64,000 nucleotides of DNA from a virus (IMGVR_UViG_3300020190_000007:96001-160000), one strand, 5' to 3'. Counted from the stretch's first letter, positions 48,213-59,062 are shown. The notes: a model not told the origin generated them from the sequence alone. Numbers and translations are program-made.

Positions 48213-48296
48213 ATCCTTATAAATAGTAAAAAAAATCTTTAAAAATTTATTGTATAGTATAAAAATATACCTATTTTAGCTGAAATTTTAAATATC

Positions 48297-48887
48297 ATGA
48301 AAAATTTATTTTATGTTTTTATTTTACTATTACTTACAAGTTGTCAGAAATATGAAGAAGTAAGTGAACCAATTTTGTACATGGGTGGTGGTAAATGGAC
48401 TTTTGTTGATTATGATGTTGTTGTAATAAGTTCCCAAAGTCAAGTTGAGCTTATAAAAAACGACACCATTTGTATCAATTCGTTTAATCAACAAAGTTTT
48501 ATTAGTGGAGGGACTTTAATGTCACAAAATTATAAAAACACCGCGTTGTCACGTAGGTTTATTAAGAATAAAACGATGTGGGAGTTTGATGGATATAATT
48601 TGTATTGTGATTGGTCGTTTCAACCAGGAGGTCAAAAACCCTCTCATGAACCATTTTGGGTTACTTACCCATCAAATGGTTTGTACACAAACTACACAAG
48701 GATGTCAATTTTAGACCATACTCTTGGTTTAAAAACCGATTACACTTTTAAAACGAATAATGTTGGGGTTGCACCACCAAATGAATTAATTTTAATGAGC
48801 CCTGAAATAATTACGGATTTATATCTTTCAGATGGGACAAGAGAAAGGGCGGTTACTGTGAAAGTAATTTTAACCTTTTTAAGATAA
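48297..48887 (+). CDS. Lipoprotein
   Basis: Signal peptide with lipobox LLLTSC. Confidence 0.75.
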   Translation: MKNLFYVFILLLLTSCQKYEEVSEPILYMGGGKWTFVDYDVVVISSQSQVELIKNDTICINSFNQQSFISGGTLMSQNYKNTALSRRFIKNKTMWEFDGYNLYCDWSFQPGGQKPSHEPFWVTYPSNGLYTNYTRMSILDHTLGLKTDYTFKTNNVGVAPPNELILMSPEIITDLYLSDGTRERAVTVKVILTFLR

Positions 48888-48888
48888 T

Positions 48889-49257
48889 TTACTCATCATA
48901 TATTGTATTATCTTTCTTGGAAAACATCTTTATGTATTGTCCAGCTTTAGAATTGGCTTCATCTTCAATTTCACCCCCTATGTCAGGTGGTTGTACTTTT
49001 AGTCTACCTTGTTCATATTGTTTATGGTGAATCATTTCGTGAGCGATACTTCTTAACACGTCAACCAAAGCTCTATTTTTAACATTAACTCGAATTATTT
49101 TTGGGTCCTTTAAATAATTGTAACTCGCTGTGGTTTTTAGTTCACCTCTACCATTTTGTAAAATAACAACAGGGCACTTCTCTAAGTTTAGTTCGATTTT
49201 AACAAACTTAACAAACTCACTAATTTTATCTTTTTTTTTGTCACTTAAAAAATCCAT
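48889..49257 (-). CDS. Zincin-like metallopeptidase
   Basis: AHEMIHHKQ...EDEAN. Confidence 0.7.
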   Translation of the reverse strand: MDFLSDKKKDKISEFVKFVKIELNLEKCPVVILQNGRGELKTTASYNYLKDPKIIRVNVKNRALVDVLRSIAHEMIHHKQYEQGRLKVQPPDIGGEIEDEANSKAGQYIKMFSKKDNTIYDE

Positions 49258-49337
49258 ATTAATAAATATTGTTGGTATGGTAATTTATCATTGAAAAAAA
49301 AAATTGAATTAATATCTTATTTCAAATAATTACTGAT

Positions 49338-49673
49338 ATGATGGATTGGTATACCATTAAATATTTATATCCGAGAGCGTTAAACATCTTTTCTAAAATG
49401 ATGTTTCCTAACGTTGGTTTACCATGCTTATCGGTTCTTCGATATTACGACATTAAGAAATTGTACAAATTTTTTGATAAAAACGGTATCTATCTTACTG
49501 TAGAAATGATGACAAGGAATAATTGGGTTTATAGTTTGTCATTAAATGATGGCAAGATATTTTTTCCTTGTCAAGACTCTCAATCAAATAGAGAATTGAT
49601 TGAAGTAGAGGGTTTTTATGAATGTTTTAGATTATTAGAATCAAAACTGAAAGATGTCAATTATCCTTTTTAG
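49338..49673 (+). CDS. Hypothetical protein
   Basis: ORF. Confidence 0.6.
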   Translation: MMDWYTIKYLYPRALNIFSKMMFPNVGLPCLSVLRYYDIKKLYKFFDKNGIYLTVEMMTRNNWVYSLSLNDGKIFFPCQDSQSNRELIEVEGFYECFRLLESKLKDVNYPF

Positions 49674-49887
49674 AAGATAATGTTCGAGTAAAAAATATAT
49701 ACGATAACCAAAAACATCCTGAAATAAAGTAAAAAATTATATCTGCAACCCAATACGAGCCAGTGACCTCCATCAACAACTTGAATGAAGCGTCGTACCC
49801 AAATGGGAGAAAGAACATCGCTAACATTAGAGATGTATCTCGATAAAGGGTCAATCTTGTCTCCTTGTGTTTCAGTTTGTGTATCAC
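49657..49887 (-). CDS. Small membrane protein
   Basis: Two hydrophobic segments. Confidence 0.5.
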   Translation of the reverse strand: MIHKLKHKETRLTLYRDTSLMLAMFFLPFGYDASFKLLMEVTGSYWVADIIFYFISGCFWLSYIFFTRTLSSKKDN

Positions 49888-49943
49888 TATCGGGGTCCAT
49901 ATAGGTGTATTAAAATACTTATGACTATTAGTCGGGGTTTATA

Positions 49944-50876
49944 TTAAATATTCGGATAATCTAACATTTTTTTAATACCATCTTTTAATTGTATAAAATT
50001 ATTATAATTTGTACAATTTTTTAATTCATCTAAATCAGGTTTTCTCCATTTAGTATCGTTCTTCCAACCTTCTTTATAGATAACGTTGAACTCAATACCC
50101 ATGATTTCGTGAATTACTTTTGATAATTCATTTATTGTCACCTCTTCGTCAAAACCAATATTTAAAATTTTATCATTAACATTTTCAATCAATTGATTCA
50201 TTATGTCGGTATGGTTTGTAACATAACAAAAAGAACGAGTTTGTTTACCATCACCAAACAAGTAAAATTGTTCGCTCGATTTAATTCTTTCTATAAATTC
50301 AGGTATAACTTGTCCGTAACCGTTTGTTGCCATTCTTGGTCCATAGGTATTGAATGGTCTAACGATTAGATAATTTTTTTGATTTTCCCTAGCCCATAAT
50401 CTAACCAAATACTCACCTATTGCTTTTGATGACGCATAAGAATCTCTATCGGATAATGAATCTAAAATTATATATTCAGTTTCTTTTGTTGGGACTTTAG
50501 GTTCGGGACCATATACTTCAGAAGACGACGCATAAACAACTTTTCTAACTGACTTTCCACAGGATTCTAAAATGTTTTGTGTTAAAAGAATATTATCATT
50601 ACAAACTTTGTACGGTATGTCATAAAAATACTTTGTTCCGTTGATTGCTGCATAGTGTACAACAATTTCAGGATACTCGGTATTCATCATAATCTTTGTT
50701 TGACTTAAATTCCTTAAATCAATTTCGTAAAACCTAAAATTATCATGAATCGGTAAATTTGATTTTTTACCTCTGAAAAAATTATCAACACCAATAACTT
50801 GATGTCCATTACTTAAAAGAGAATCACATAAATGTGAACCTAAAAATCCAGCGGCTCCTGTGACTAAAATTCTCAC
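49944..50876 (-). CDS. NAD-dependent epimerase/dehydratase (UDP-glucuronate decarboxylase-like)
   Basis: GAAGFLG, SSSEVYG, YASSK, FNTYGPRM, QTRSFCYV. Confidence 0.88.
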   Translation of the reverse strand: MRILVTGAAGFLGSHLCDSLLSNGHQVIGVDNFFRGKKSNLPIHDNFRFYEIDLRNLSQTKIMMNTEYPEIVVHYAAINGTKYFYDIPYKVCNDNILLTQNILESCGKSVRKVVYASSSEVYGPEPKVPTKETEYIILDSLSDRDSYASSKAIGEYLVRLWARENQKNYLIVRPFNTYGPRMATNGYGQVIPEFIERIKSSEQFYLFGDGKQTRSFCYVTNHTDIMNQLIENVNDKILNIGFDEEVTINELSKVIHEIMGIEFNVIYKEGWKNDTKWRKPDLDELKNCTNYNNFIQLKDGIKKMLDYPNI

Positions 50877-51674
50877 TTATTTTCTCATCCCTTTTGGGAC
50901 CTTTTTTATAAATTTATCATTTTCCTCATCAATAAATTTGAAAATGTCAACATCGATATTATATTTTTTACAAAGAACTTTCATAGCTTTGGTGTCCTTA
51001 GGTAAACAAGGGCCCGCGTATCCACCAAACTCTTCATTTACGTTCAAATAATGACTTTCACCCACTCCGTGAAATAAAAACGCATCTTTAATCGCGCCAT
51101 AATTAGCTCCAAAATGTTGACAAACTTTGTGGAATGAATTCGCAAATGTAATTTTTGTTGCTTTATAAGTGTTTGAAAAATACTTCATTAATTCAGCTTC
51201 AACAATTTTCATTTTTACCCTATGAATAGGTAAATTACCATGACTTTCAACAATTAAGTTATAATCGATATCATTTTCAGTCCCAACTACAAGTATGTTA
51301 TTATTAAATACAAAATCATTATATGCGCATCTTTCTTTTAAAAATTCCGGTACAAAAACAAATCTACAATTTGGATAAACTAATTTTAATTTATTAGTTG
51401 TTCCAGGTTCTACCGTGCTTTTTATTGCAATTAAACCGTTATAGTTTAATTCATCTAATTGACTCACCACACTGCTTACCGCGGATAAATCACATTCTTC
51501 ATTTAAACCAATTATCGTACTAACCGTTAAGTATACGATTTCACAACCTAAAACATCCTCTATTTTTGTCTCAGGCATTTTTATATCGTAAATAGATACT
51601 TCGTGTCCAATATATTCAAACCCATCTTTAATTGCTTGACCCACAACACCAATACCAATGACTCCAATTTTCAT
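50877..51674 (-). CDS. UDP-glucose/GDP-mannose dehydrogenase family protein
   Basis: GIGVVG, KSTVEPGT, PEFL, GYAGPCLPKD. Confidence 0.9.
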   Translation of the reverse strand: MKIGVIGIGVVGQAIKDGFEYIGHEVSIYDIKMPETKIEDVLGCEIVYLTVSTIIGLNEECDLSAVSSVVSQLDELNYNGLIAIKSTVEPGTTNKLKLVYPNCRFVFVPEFLKERCAYNDFVFNNNILVVGTENDIDYNLIVESHGNLPIHRVKMKIVEAELMKYFSNTYKATKITFANSFHKVCQHFGANYGAIKDAFLFHGVGESHYLNVNEEFGGYAGPCLPKDTKAMKVLCKKYNIDVDIFKFIDEENDKFIKKVPKGMRK

Positions 51675-51679
51675 AAAAT

Positions 51680-53389
51680 TTAATTTTCTCTTCTTTCGTC
51701 GGGTTGATAGTGTTTAATTCTATCATGCCAAATCGGTGACGCTAATAATACCGCAGGTCTTAGTTTATTTTCTTTTGTTAATTGATACATATATGACATC
51801 CACGTTTGTTCAAATGGATGTGCCCATTTTGTTTCTATGAACATTTTATAATTACCTTCTTTACTAACAATCATTGGCCAATTTGCATAATAAATTTCAC
51901 CGTCGATATAAGATAATCCATCCATACTTTTAATATTCTTAAAATTAGTTAATGGTACATTTGGGTCTAAACCTGTCACAGGTAATTTATCATAGTTGGG
52001 CCAATCTCTTGTTCTAATTGTTTGTGGCACATTGTACCAAGAACATTGTTTGTCGTTATCAAAATATACTTCAGTAAATGACAATTTAAGAAAATCAAAT
52101 TGTTCTTTTAACATTATTCTGTGAACCAAATTGTAAAGATTGGGGATGTATTTTCTAAATCCGTTTCTACAAAATTGACCTTCAATTTCAGGAGGATTAA
52201 CGGTCATATCGTCTTCAAAAAAGAACATAAAATCAGCATCAGAATTATGAAAATGTTCTGACGCCGCTTGTCTACCTCCACAAATACCGGTGTTACCCCC
52301 TAAACTAACATATTCAAATTTAAAACTTTCAGCGATTTCCCTATTTTTATCTCGAGATTCTTGGGTTGTTGAATTATCGAGTAAAACTAAATGCGGTCTA
52401 TTTAACCAATCGGGCGTTTTTTCCATTGATGTAATGGTGTGTAAAACCTGCTCAGCGAAATTAAATGTTAAGACGTATAAATTTGTTTTAACCTTTTCAA
52501 CATCCCTATCTGTGTACTTAATAAATTTTTGGGATTGGGTTATTTTAGGTGCAACGATATCTACTTTTTTATCAATAATCGCTTGGGTAAATTTCACAAT
52601 CAAACCATTACCATCTAATTCAAATCTTTTGTACAAGTGAGGTTCATTGTATGACATCAAAGTAAAGACACTTTCCTCTGTTCCCATGTAACCCGTATTC
52701 AATGTGTTAGTCAAGATTGAATAATATGTTGCATTTGCTTCGTGTATTTGTTGTTTGTGTCCACCGAACAAACCACCTCGACAAACATATTCTACCTTCG
52801 TTCGTGCAATCTTATTCATTTCAGTAAAAGTGAAACCATGAATTTCATTTTCGGCTTGATATGGATAACTTAAAAATAAAAATGGATTACCATATTCAGG
52901 TAATTTATTTAAGATGTTATTTTCAGTTATATGTGTGTGAGGCACAGTATTTGTAATTCCCGCATCTAACCAAAAGAAATACTCAGTGTCAAATGGATTC
53001 CAAATTGACGCGTCATTTAACATAAACATTTTAGATTGAACTATTGGGTTATAGTATTCCAAAACTGCTTGTGGTGAACCCGATAACCAACCAGCTTGAT
53101 TTAACCAATCAGGACATGTCCTTATTTCTTGAGTTTTATTCCAAAAAGGGTCGTATAATCTTTTTATATCTTCCAATTCGGTTATTCGTACATATGTATT
53201 CTCTCTACTTCGTTTTTCCCAAACCAAATATTCATATTCCGCTGGTATATAAATGAATAAATTTTGTGGAATATCTAAGAACATTTTGAAGTGTTCAATA
53301 TAATGTGTAAAATCCCTCCCCGGTCTACCAATATTCCATAAACCAGTAACAATAGTTAAATTTTTATTAATCTCTTGATTCATCACCAA
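51680..53389 (-). CDS. Two-domain glycosyltransferase (HtrL/YibB-like plus GT2-like)
   Basis: TIVTGLWNIGR, FFWLDAG, GGLFGG; second domain FFEDD. Confidence 0.7.
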   Translation of the reverse strand: MVMNQEINKNLTIVTGLWNIGRPGRDFTHYIEHFKMFLDIPQNLFIYIPAEYEYLVWEKRSRENTYVRITELEDIKRLYDPFWNKTQEIRTCPDWLNQAGWLSGSPQAVLEYYNPIVQSKMFMLNDASIWNPFDTEYFFWLDAGITNTVPHTHITENNILNKLPEYGNPFLFLSYPYQAENEIHGFTFTEMNKIARTKVEYVCRGGLFGGHKQQIHEANATYYSILTNTLNTGYMGTEESVFTLMSYNEPHLYKRFELDGNGLIVKFTQAIIDKKVDIVAPKITQSQKFIKYTDRDVEKVKTNLYVLTFNFAEQVLHTITSMEKTPDWLNRPHLVLLDNSTTQESRDKNREIAESFKFEYVSLGGNTGICGGRQAASEHFHNSDADFMFFFEDDMTVNPPEIEGQFCRNGFRKYIPNLYNLVHRIMLKEQFDFLKLSFTEVYFDNDKQCSWYNVPQTIRTRDWPNYDKLPVTGLDPNVPLTNFKNIKSMDGLSYIDGEIYYANWPMIVSKEGNYKMFIETKWAHPFEQTWMSYMYQLTKENKLRPAVLLASPIWHDRIKHYQPDERREN

Positions 53390-53402
53390 CTCTTTATTTA
53401 TT

Positions 53403-54179
53403 TCATTTGTTTCGTAATCTGTTATACGTGTTTTTTATTCCTTGTTCTAATCCAACATACTCAATTCCTAAATCAATAAAATTTCCGCAATATTTTTTAC
53501 CTATTATAGAGTCGTTAAGGGTTGGTGATTTGAACTCACCTAAATTATTTATCATCTGTAGAATTTCTATAGTTTTAAAGGTTTTATTGTAAGTACATTC
53601 ATGAATTTTTGGTAGAATATCTTTATCACTAAAGATAAAATATTTTACCAACCTTGTAAAGTCTTCCATATAAAAAAAATCCATTTCTTTATTTTCATAT
53701 AAAACAAATGGCTCCTCCTTGATGTATCTTACTATATTCGACTTTATAAATCTTGTGTCAATCTCGTTTTCATCAAAAACTGCAAACAATCTTATATTAA
53801 AAAAATTATCTTTTTCTAAAATGGAATTATGGATAACTTTTTTACTTAAACCATATGGTGACTCACTATTGAAAATTTCTGCACCCGAACCCAAATTAAT
53901 AAATCTATCAAACCGATTTTTACAACCTAAAAGATTAAAATACATCTTCAAATTCTCATCCATTATTTGAAAATCATCTTTTTTTAGTCTACTTCCTCCA
54001 ATTACTGCGCAATGTAAAACAACATCGAAATATTTGTCTGAAAAAAATTTCAAAGTTTCAAAAGAGTCGGTTAAATCAAAATCTTTTCTCGATATCCCAA
54101 CAACATTAAATTGATTTTTTAAACTTTCAAACAATGATTTACCTATGTATCCATTTGCTCCTGTAATTAGTATTCTCAT
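53403..54179 (-). CDS. NAD-dependent sugar epimerase/reductase
   Basis: GANGYIG, YGLSK. Confidence 0.85.
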   Translation of the reverse strand: MRILITGANGYIGKSLFESLKNQFNVVGISRKDFDLTDSFETLKFFSDKYFDVVLHCAVIGGSRLKKDDFQIMDENLKMYFNLLGCKNRFDRFINLGSGAEIFNSESPYGLSKKVIHNSILEKDNFFNIRLFAVFDENEIDTRFIKSNIVRYIKEEPFVLYENKEMDFFYMEDFTRLVKYFIFSDKDILPKIHECTYNKTFKTIEILQMINNLGEFKSPTLNDSIIGKKYCGNFIDLGIEYVGLEQGIKNTYNRLRNK

Positions 54180-54652
54180 TTTTTTAAATTAATATAAACA
54201 GGAGAATTATTATTAACAGCAAAATTAAAATCATTTTCTAATTCATCCTGAGTATGTGGTTTAAATAATTTAAGATTTTCAAATATGCTTAGAGCAGCTA
54301 AATCTTCACTAGCCCAATGTGAGAATCCTAAATAACCATAATCTTCATTTCTACCACCACCTAATATCTTTACAGGAATATTTTCATGATTAACGTAATT
54401 TCTAATCATTTCAAATGGTCTATAAATAGCAAACGGTGTAATTGAATATACAAATGGTATTTTATTTTCCATCGCTAGTCCAATAGCTATGCCCATCATA
54501 GCCATTTCAGATGACCCCACATTAAAAAATCTATCAGGAAATATATTCATAATGTCATCCCATAAACCATAACCTAAATCACCTGTAATAAGATAAATAT
54601 CAGGATTAGATTTCATTTCATTAAGCAATAATTTAGCAAATTCTCGTCTCAT
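54176..54652 (-). CDS. Transketolase-like pyrimidine-binding subunit
   Basis: GDLGYG, FFNVGSSE, RPFEMIR. Confidence 0.88.
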   Translation of the reverse strand: MRREFAKLLLNEMKSNPDIYLITGDLGYGLWDDIMNIFPDRFFNVGSSEMAMMGIAIGLAMENKIPFVYSITPFAIYRPFEMIRNYVNHENIPVKILGGGRNEDYGYLGFSHWASEDLAALSIFENLKLFKPHTQDELENDFNFAVNNNSPVYINLKK

Positions 54653-55272
54653 AATAATTGTTCTAATGCTGTTTGGTAATCATTTTCTTTCATTATATGG
54701 TAGTGAGCATTTAATCCTTTAAGAAATGAAAAATGTTCTACTGTAGTGTAATGGATATTAATATTAGATAGAAATGATTTTAATCTATTTGTCAAATATT
54801 CAACGTCTACTTCTCTATAAGCTGCATATCCATTTACGTTAACATGTACCTCAATGTTTGTAATGTTTTGTTCAACTATGGTTTTAAGAGATTCCCAAAC
54901 ACTACCTTCAGCACACTCACCATCACTTAATAACACATATACTTTTCTATTTAGATTAGCAATTGCTCTTCCTAGGGCAATAGTAATACCTAAACCCAAA
55001 CTACCTGTTGAGCAACATATACCCGCTTCTTCATCCCAATGTGGGTGTCCACCATGTTTTAAAAATAATGCTTCAGCATCTTGTCCTCTATATTTTTCCA
55101 AGCAAACGTATAATGCTAATGCGGCATGGCCTGATGATAAGATGAATATATCATCTTTATTCATTTTTTGATAGATACTATCAATTATTTCTAGTGCTGA
55201 GAAATAACTACCAAGATGACCTAATTTATGTTTATAGGCGATTTCAACTATTCGTTTCTTTAGCTCTACCAT
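54649..55272 (-). CDS. Transketolase-like ThDP-binding subunit
   Basis: GHLGS, LSSGH, STGSLG.G, SDGECAEGSVWE. Confidence 0.88.
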   Translation of the reverse strand: MVELKKRIVEIAYKHKLGHLGSYFSALEIIDSIYQKMNKDDIFILSSGHAALALYVCLEKYRGQDAEALFLKHGGHPHWDEEAGICCSTGSLGLGITIALGRAIANLNRKVYVLLSDGECAEGSVWESLKTIVEQNITNIEVHVNVNGYAAYREVDVEYLTNRLKSFLSNINIHYTTVEHFSFLKGLNAHYHIMKENDYQTALEQLL

Positions 55273-56213
55273 ATAAATTTATTTTTATAATATTCTACTA
55301 TTTTTATTATTTCATCATCAAAATTTTTCAATGGTGTCCAACCTAATGACCTCATTTTAGAATCGTTTAATGAATATCTCATATCCATACCGGGTCTGGA
55401 ATATGTTAAATCAATAAAATCATTTGGGTCGTCTTTACCATGGTAAATTTTCACTATTTTACTCACGGTTTCGTAATTTGTCTGTTCGTAATTTGATGAG
55501 ATATTAAAAATCTCATTTACTCTATTTGAATTTATTATTGTTATTACGGCCCTTGCAGTATCTTCAGCGTGTAACCAATTTCTAATTGGGAAACCATTGT
55601 TATGTAAAGGTATTTTTCTACCTAATATTAGATATTTGCAAGTTTTTGGTATAAGTTTTTCAACGTATTGACCAACACCATAATTGTTTGTTGGTCGAAT
55701 AATTACATATGGTAAGTTATACGTCCTACCCCACGCAACTATTAATTGGTCTGCGGCTGATTTGGTTGCAGAATAAGGATTACTTGGTTTTAAGATATCA
55801 TCTTCATTGTGTTCACCATTAAGTATATCACCATATACCTCATCGGTACTAAAATGTAATAAAACAGGTGTCTTTGACGTTTCTAAACGATATGTTCTAA
55901 TTAATTCCAATAAATTATGGACACCATTAATATTACTTGAGACAAATTCATTACTATTTGATATTGAATTACCAACGTGGGTTTCTGCTGCGGTATTAAT
56001 CACATAGTCACAATCATATAAAAATTTTAAATCATTAATATCACTTTTAACAAATGTGAAATTTTTATATTCATTAAATTCTTTTAATAATTCTTTATTT
56101 GATGCATATGTCATTTTATCAACACCCATAACATACCACCCTAAATTCAGACATTCTCTTGTAATATGAGAACCAATAAAACCTAAACAACCTGTTATGT
56201 AAACTACCTTCAT
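55266..56213 (-). CDS. NDP-glucose 4,6-dehydratase (RmlB-like)
   Basis: AAETHV, STDEVYG, PYSATK, NNYG. Confidence 0.9.
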   Translation of the reverse strand: MKVVYITGCLGFIGSHITRECLNLGWYVMGVDKMTYASNKELLKEFNEYKNFTFVKSDINDLKFLYDCDYVINTAAETHVGNSISNSNEFVSSNINGVHNLLELIRTYRLETSKTPVLLHFSTDEVYGDILNGEHNEDDILKPSNPYSATKSAADQLIVAWGRTYNLPYVIIRPTNNYGVGQYVEKLIPKTCKYLILGRKIPLHNNGFPIRNWLHAEDTARAVITIINSNRVNEIFNISSNYEQTNYETVSKIVKIYHGKDDPNDFIDLTYSRPGMDMRYSLNDSKMRSLGWTPLKNFDDEIIKIVEYYKNKFIW

Positions 56214-57352
56214 TAATTAAAAAATTTTATAATTTTATCTGTCACGTAATCAACATCATCAATATTCATCCCATGGTGTGCACCAAGTAAAAACCCATTT
56301 CTCATAATCATGTCTGAGTTTTTAAATGACTTTAAATAATTTCTATACGCTGGATGTCTTGTAACATTACCAGCAAAAGTTACTCTTGTTTGTATATTAT
56401 TTTCCTCTAAGAAATGAAGTAAATCGTACCTGTACTCACTTTGTAGTGGGATAGCCAACCAATTGGGTTTTATTGAATCATCGGGTAAAATAATGTCACC
56501 AACACCTCTTAAATTATTAATGTATCTTTCTATATTATTTCGTCTTATTTGTTCAAAATTTTTAAATCTATCTAATTGTACTAAACCAAATGCCGCATTC
56601 ATTTCCGAACTTTTAAAATTATAACCCAACACCGAATACAAGAATTTGTGGTCGTAAGGAATTCCGTCAACAGAATGGTTAAATCTGTCAGACATTATTT
56701 CAGAATTATCTCCTAACCTTCCCCAATCTCTGTATTGTAAGCATACGTCTCTTAATTTGGTGTCATTGAACATAACCATACCCCCCGAACCACCAGCTGT
56801 AATCACATGACTAGCGTAAAAACTTGTTGTTGAGATGTCCGATTCTAATGTGTGAGTTATAGTGTCAGCAGAATCCTCAATTAAAATAATATCCCCTCTA
56901 CCAATTTCGATTAAACATTCTTTTAATAATTTCCAATTGGGTTTGTTACCAATAAGATTTGGTAGCATAATGACTTTAACTTCATTATCAACCAAAGAAA
57001 TTATTTCACTTACAGTTGGTACATAAGAGTTTATACCAACATCACAAAATACAGGTATTAAACCTAATTGAATTATAGGTGCTAAAGTTGTTGAAAATGT
57101 ACAAGAGGGTGTAATCACCTTAGTTCCCTTGTTTAATTGTAAACAAGCTAATGATAATAAACAGGCGGACGAACCGCTGTTCACAAAAACACCGAATTTT
57201 TTACCAAAAAAACGACTAATTCTTTCTTCAAATTCAATCGTTTTAGGTCCAAATCCGGCAATCCAACCATCTCTTAAACAATTAACAACCGCTTGTATTT
57301 CCTCCTCACCATATGACTCAAACTTATTAGGTGCGTACCATATTTTTTTCAT
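56213..57352 (-). CDS. DegT/DnrJ-family PLP enzyme, RfbH/ColD-like 3-dehydratase
   Basis: VNSGSSA, IEDSAD, SFYASHVIT with His at the catalytic Lys position, RDWGR. Confidence 0.8.
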   Translation of the reverse strand: MKKIWYAPNKFESYGEEEIQAVVNCLRDGWIAGFGPKTIEFEERISRFFGKKFGVFVNSGSSACLLSLACLQLNKGTKVITPSCTFSTTLAPIIQLGLIPVFCDVGINSYVPTVSEIISLVDNEVKVIMLPNLIGNKPNWKLLKECLIEIGRGDIILIEDSADTITHTLESDISTTSFYASHVITAGGSGGMVMFNDTKLRDVCLQYRDWGRLGDNSEIMSDRFNHSVDGIPYDHKFLYSVLGYNFKSSEMNAAFGLVQLDRFKNFEQIRRNNIERYINNLRGVGDIILPDDSIKPNWLAIPLQSEYRYDLLHFLEENNIQTRVTFAGNVTRHPAYRNYLKSFKNSDMIMRNGFLLGAHHGMNIDDVDYVTDKIIKFFN

Positions 57353-57361
57353 AATGTTTTT

Positions 57362-58207
57362 TTACATCCAACCTAATTGAATAAATCTCATGTGGTTGTC
57401 GTCAATATTTTGATTCCTGTGTATGTTACAACCCTCGATACCTTCGTGTGTTGTATGTCTGATTACTGGAAATGTGGTGACACCACCTTTTTCTCTCCAT
57501 TGTTCAATGGTGATAAGTGGTTCTTCGTCACTGTAAAATCTAACCAATTTCTTAAATCCATGTTTACCCATGTATGCAGAAAATGATACGTCATCATTCC
57601 ATGATACGTCCATAAACTCCTTATATAAATCATCTTGGAAAAAATATCTTTGATAAGAAATTGTTTTATAGTGTTGTAAAAATTTTACATACACGTCTTT
57701 ATAAACGGAAACAACAAAAGTGTTTCTAACATCATCAAAATCACTCGGGTTCTCACATCTACTTCCATCATATCCACAAGCGGTGTCAGTATAGGTTTCT
57801 TGATTTTTAACTTGTTCTTCAACCATCTTGGGGTGATAAACTAAATCATCATCACATACAATCAAAATAGCGTCTCTTTCGGTAACTCTTTTTAAGGTGG
57901 GAACTAACTTTGTCATAGTACCTAAATCATCTAAACCTTCAAAAATTTTAAATTTAGGATGTTGTTGTGACAACTCTTTCATCCATTCTGGTATAACGTA
58001 AGGTTCACCGGTTAATTTACTTACAGACGGTACGTTTAAATGTATTTCATATTCACCATTATATTCTTGTTCTATTAATGATTTAATATTACTTTTTATC
58101 CCTGTATCATATTCCGCCGAAAGTCTTGATGGGATTGTTGTTAATGTTACGATAACTCTTCTCTTATGTTTCATAATTAAATTTTTAATTGTATTCAGAA
58201 TTGACAT
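57362..58207 (-). CDS. Glycosyltransferase (GT-A-like)
   Basis: VTLTTIPSR, VCDDD. Confidence 0.75.
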   Translation of the reverse strand: MSILNTIKNLIMKHKRRVIVTLTTIPSRLSAEYDTGIKSNIKSLIEQEYNGEYEIHLNVPSVSKLTGEPYVIPEWMKELSQQHPKFKIFEGLDDLGTMTKLVPTLKRVTERDAILIVCDDDLVYHPKMVEEQVKNQETYTDTACGYDGSRCENPSDFDDVRNTFVVSVYKDVYVKFLQHYKTISYQRYFFQDDLYKEFMDVSWNDDVSFSAYMGKHGFKKLVRFYSDEEPLITIEQWREKGGVTTFPVIRHTTHEGIEGCNIHRNQNIDDNHMRFIQLGWM

Positions 58208-58210
58208 AAT

Positions 58211-59062
58211 TTATTTTTGAGTGTAAATTTTATTGTTATTTTGGGTAAATTCATCAAAAATTCTATCATGCATATAACCCATATGGTGACCGCATTGAGC
58301 TCTAAACTCATTAAATCCCGAATCAGGAAATAATATCTGTCTTACGATTGGGAAAGAATGTGAACCTCTTCCATTATTGTTTACAGACCTCCAGTCCGTC
58401 TCATTTTCCCAAGTTGCAACAATATATGGTCTTTCCCTTAATCTAAAATAATAACCTGTTAATACATCATCATTTGTTGCCATGGATAAAAATGATTCAT
58501 CCATAAAATCATCACTAAAGTAATTTCTTAGATAAGATACCGAATGCCAATGACCGGGTTGAATAACTTGACCATCGTATTTTATTGGGAAATAAAAATG
58601 TGTAGGACTTAAGGTATATTTAACAATACCATCACTGTCTAACCACTCTCTTTTTTCAATACAATTATCACCCCTGAAACAAATCATAGCTTCAGGGTAT
58701 TGAGACATCTTTTTTAAATGGTATTCTAACATGTCTTCGTGGTAAACATGGTCATCATCACAAACAATCATTATGTCGTCGGGATTTGTGATATAGAGTA
58801 ACGCTCCTGTAATTTTAACCACGGGACCATAATCTTTCTCAACGCGATTAATTATTAATTTAGAATTTTTATTTACAAAATCAATTAAGTCATTTGAGAT
58901 GATGTATTCTTCATCGTTATTATTTTTATACTTGTATGGTATATTTAACAATACTTTGTAATCTTTATCTGTCTTCTGATTCAAAAGAGAGGTCAGATTT
59001 TCTTTAAATGAATCCCAAAGATTTATTCTTTTAGGTACTGTTGTAAGTGAAATGTAAATCAT
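58211..59062 (-). CDS. Glycosyltransferase (GT-A-like), paralog of the preceding gene
   Basis: ISLTTVPKR, DYGP, VCDDD. Confidence 0.75.
   Translation of the reverse strand: MIYISLTTVPKRINLWDSFKENLTSLLNQKTDKDYKVLLNIPYKYKNNNDEEYIISNDLIDFVNKNSKLIINRVEKDYGPVVKITGALLYITNPDDIMIVCDDDHVYHEDMLEYHLKKMSQYPEAMICFRGDNCIEKREWLDSDGIVKYTLSPTHFYFPIKYDGQVIQPGHWHSVSYLRNYFSDDFMDESFLSMATNDDVLTGYYFRLRERPYIVATWENETDWRSVNNNGRGSHSFPIVRQILFPDSGFNEFRAQCGHHMGYMHDRIFDEFTQNNNKIYTQK

Noticed and set aside
49670-49900. Alternative-frame 76-aa ORF
   Set aside because: Overlaps 49657-49887 on the same strand; the latter has the more coherent membrane-protein pattern, though this choice is uncertain
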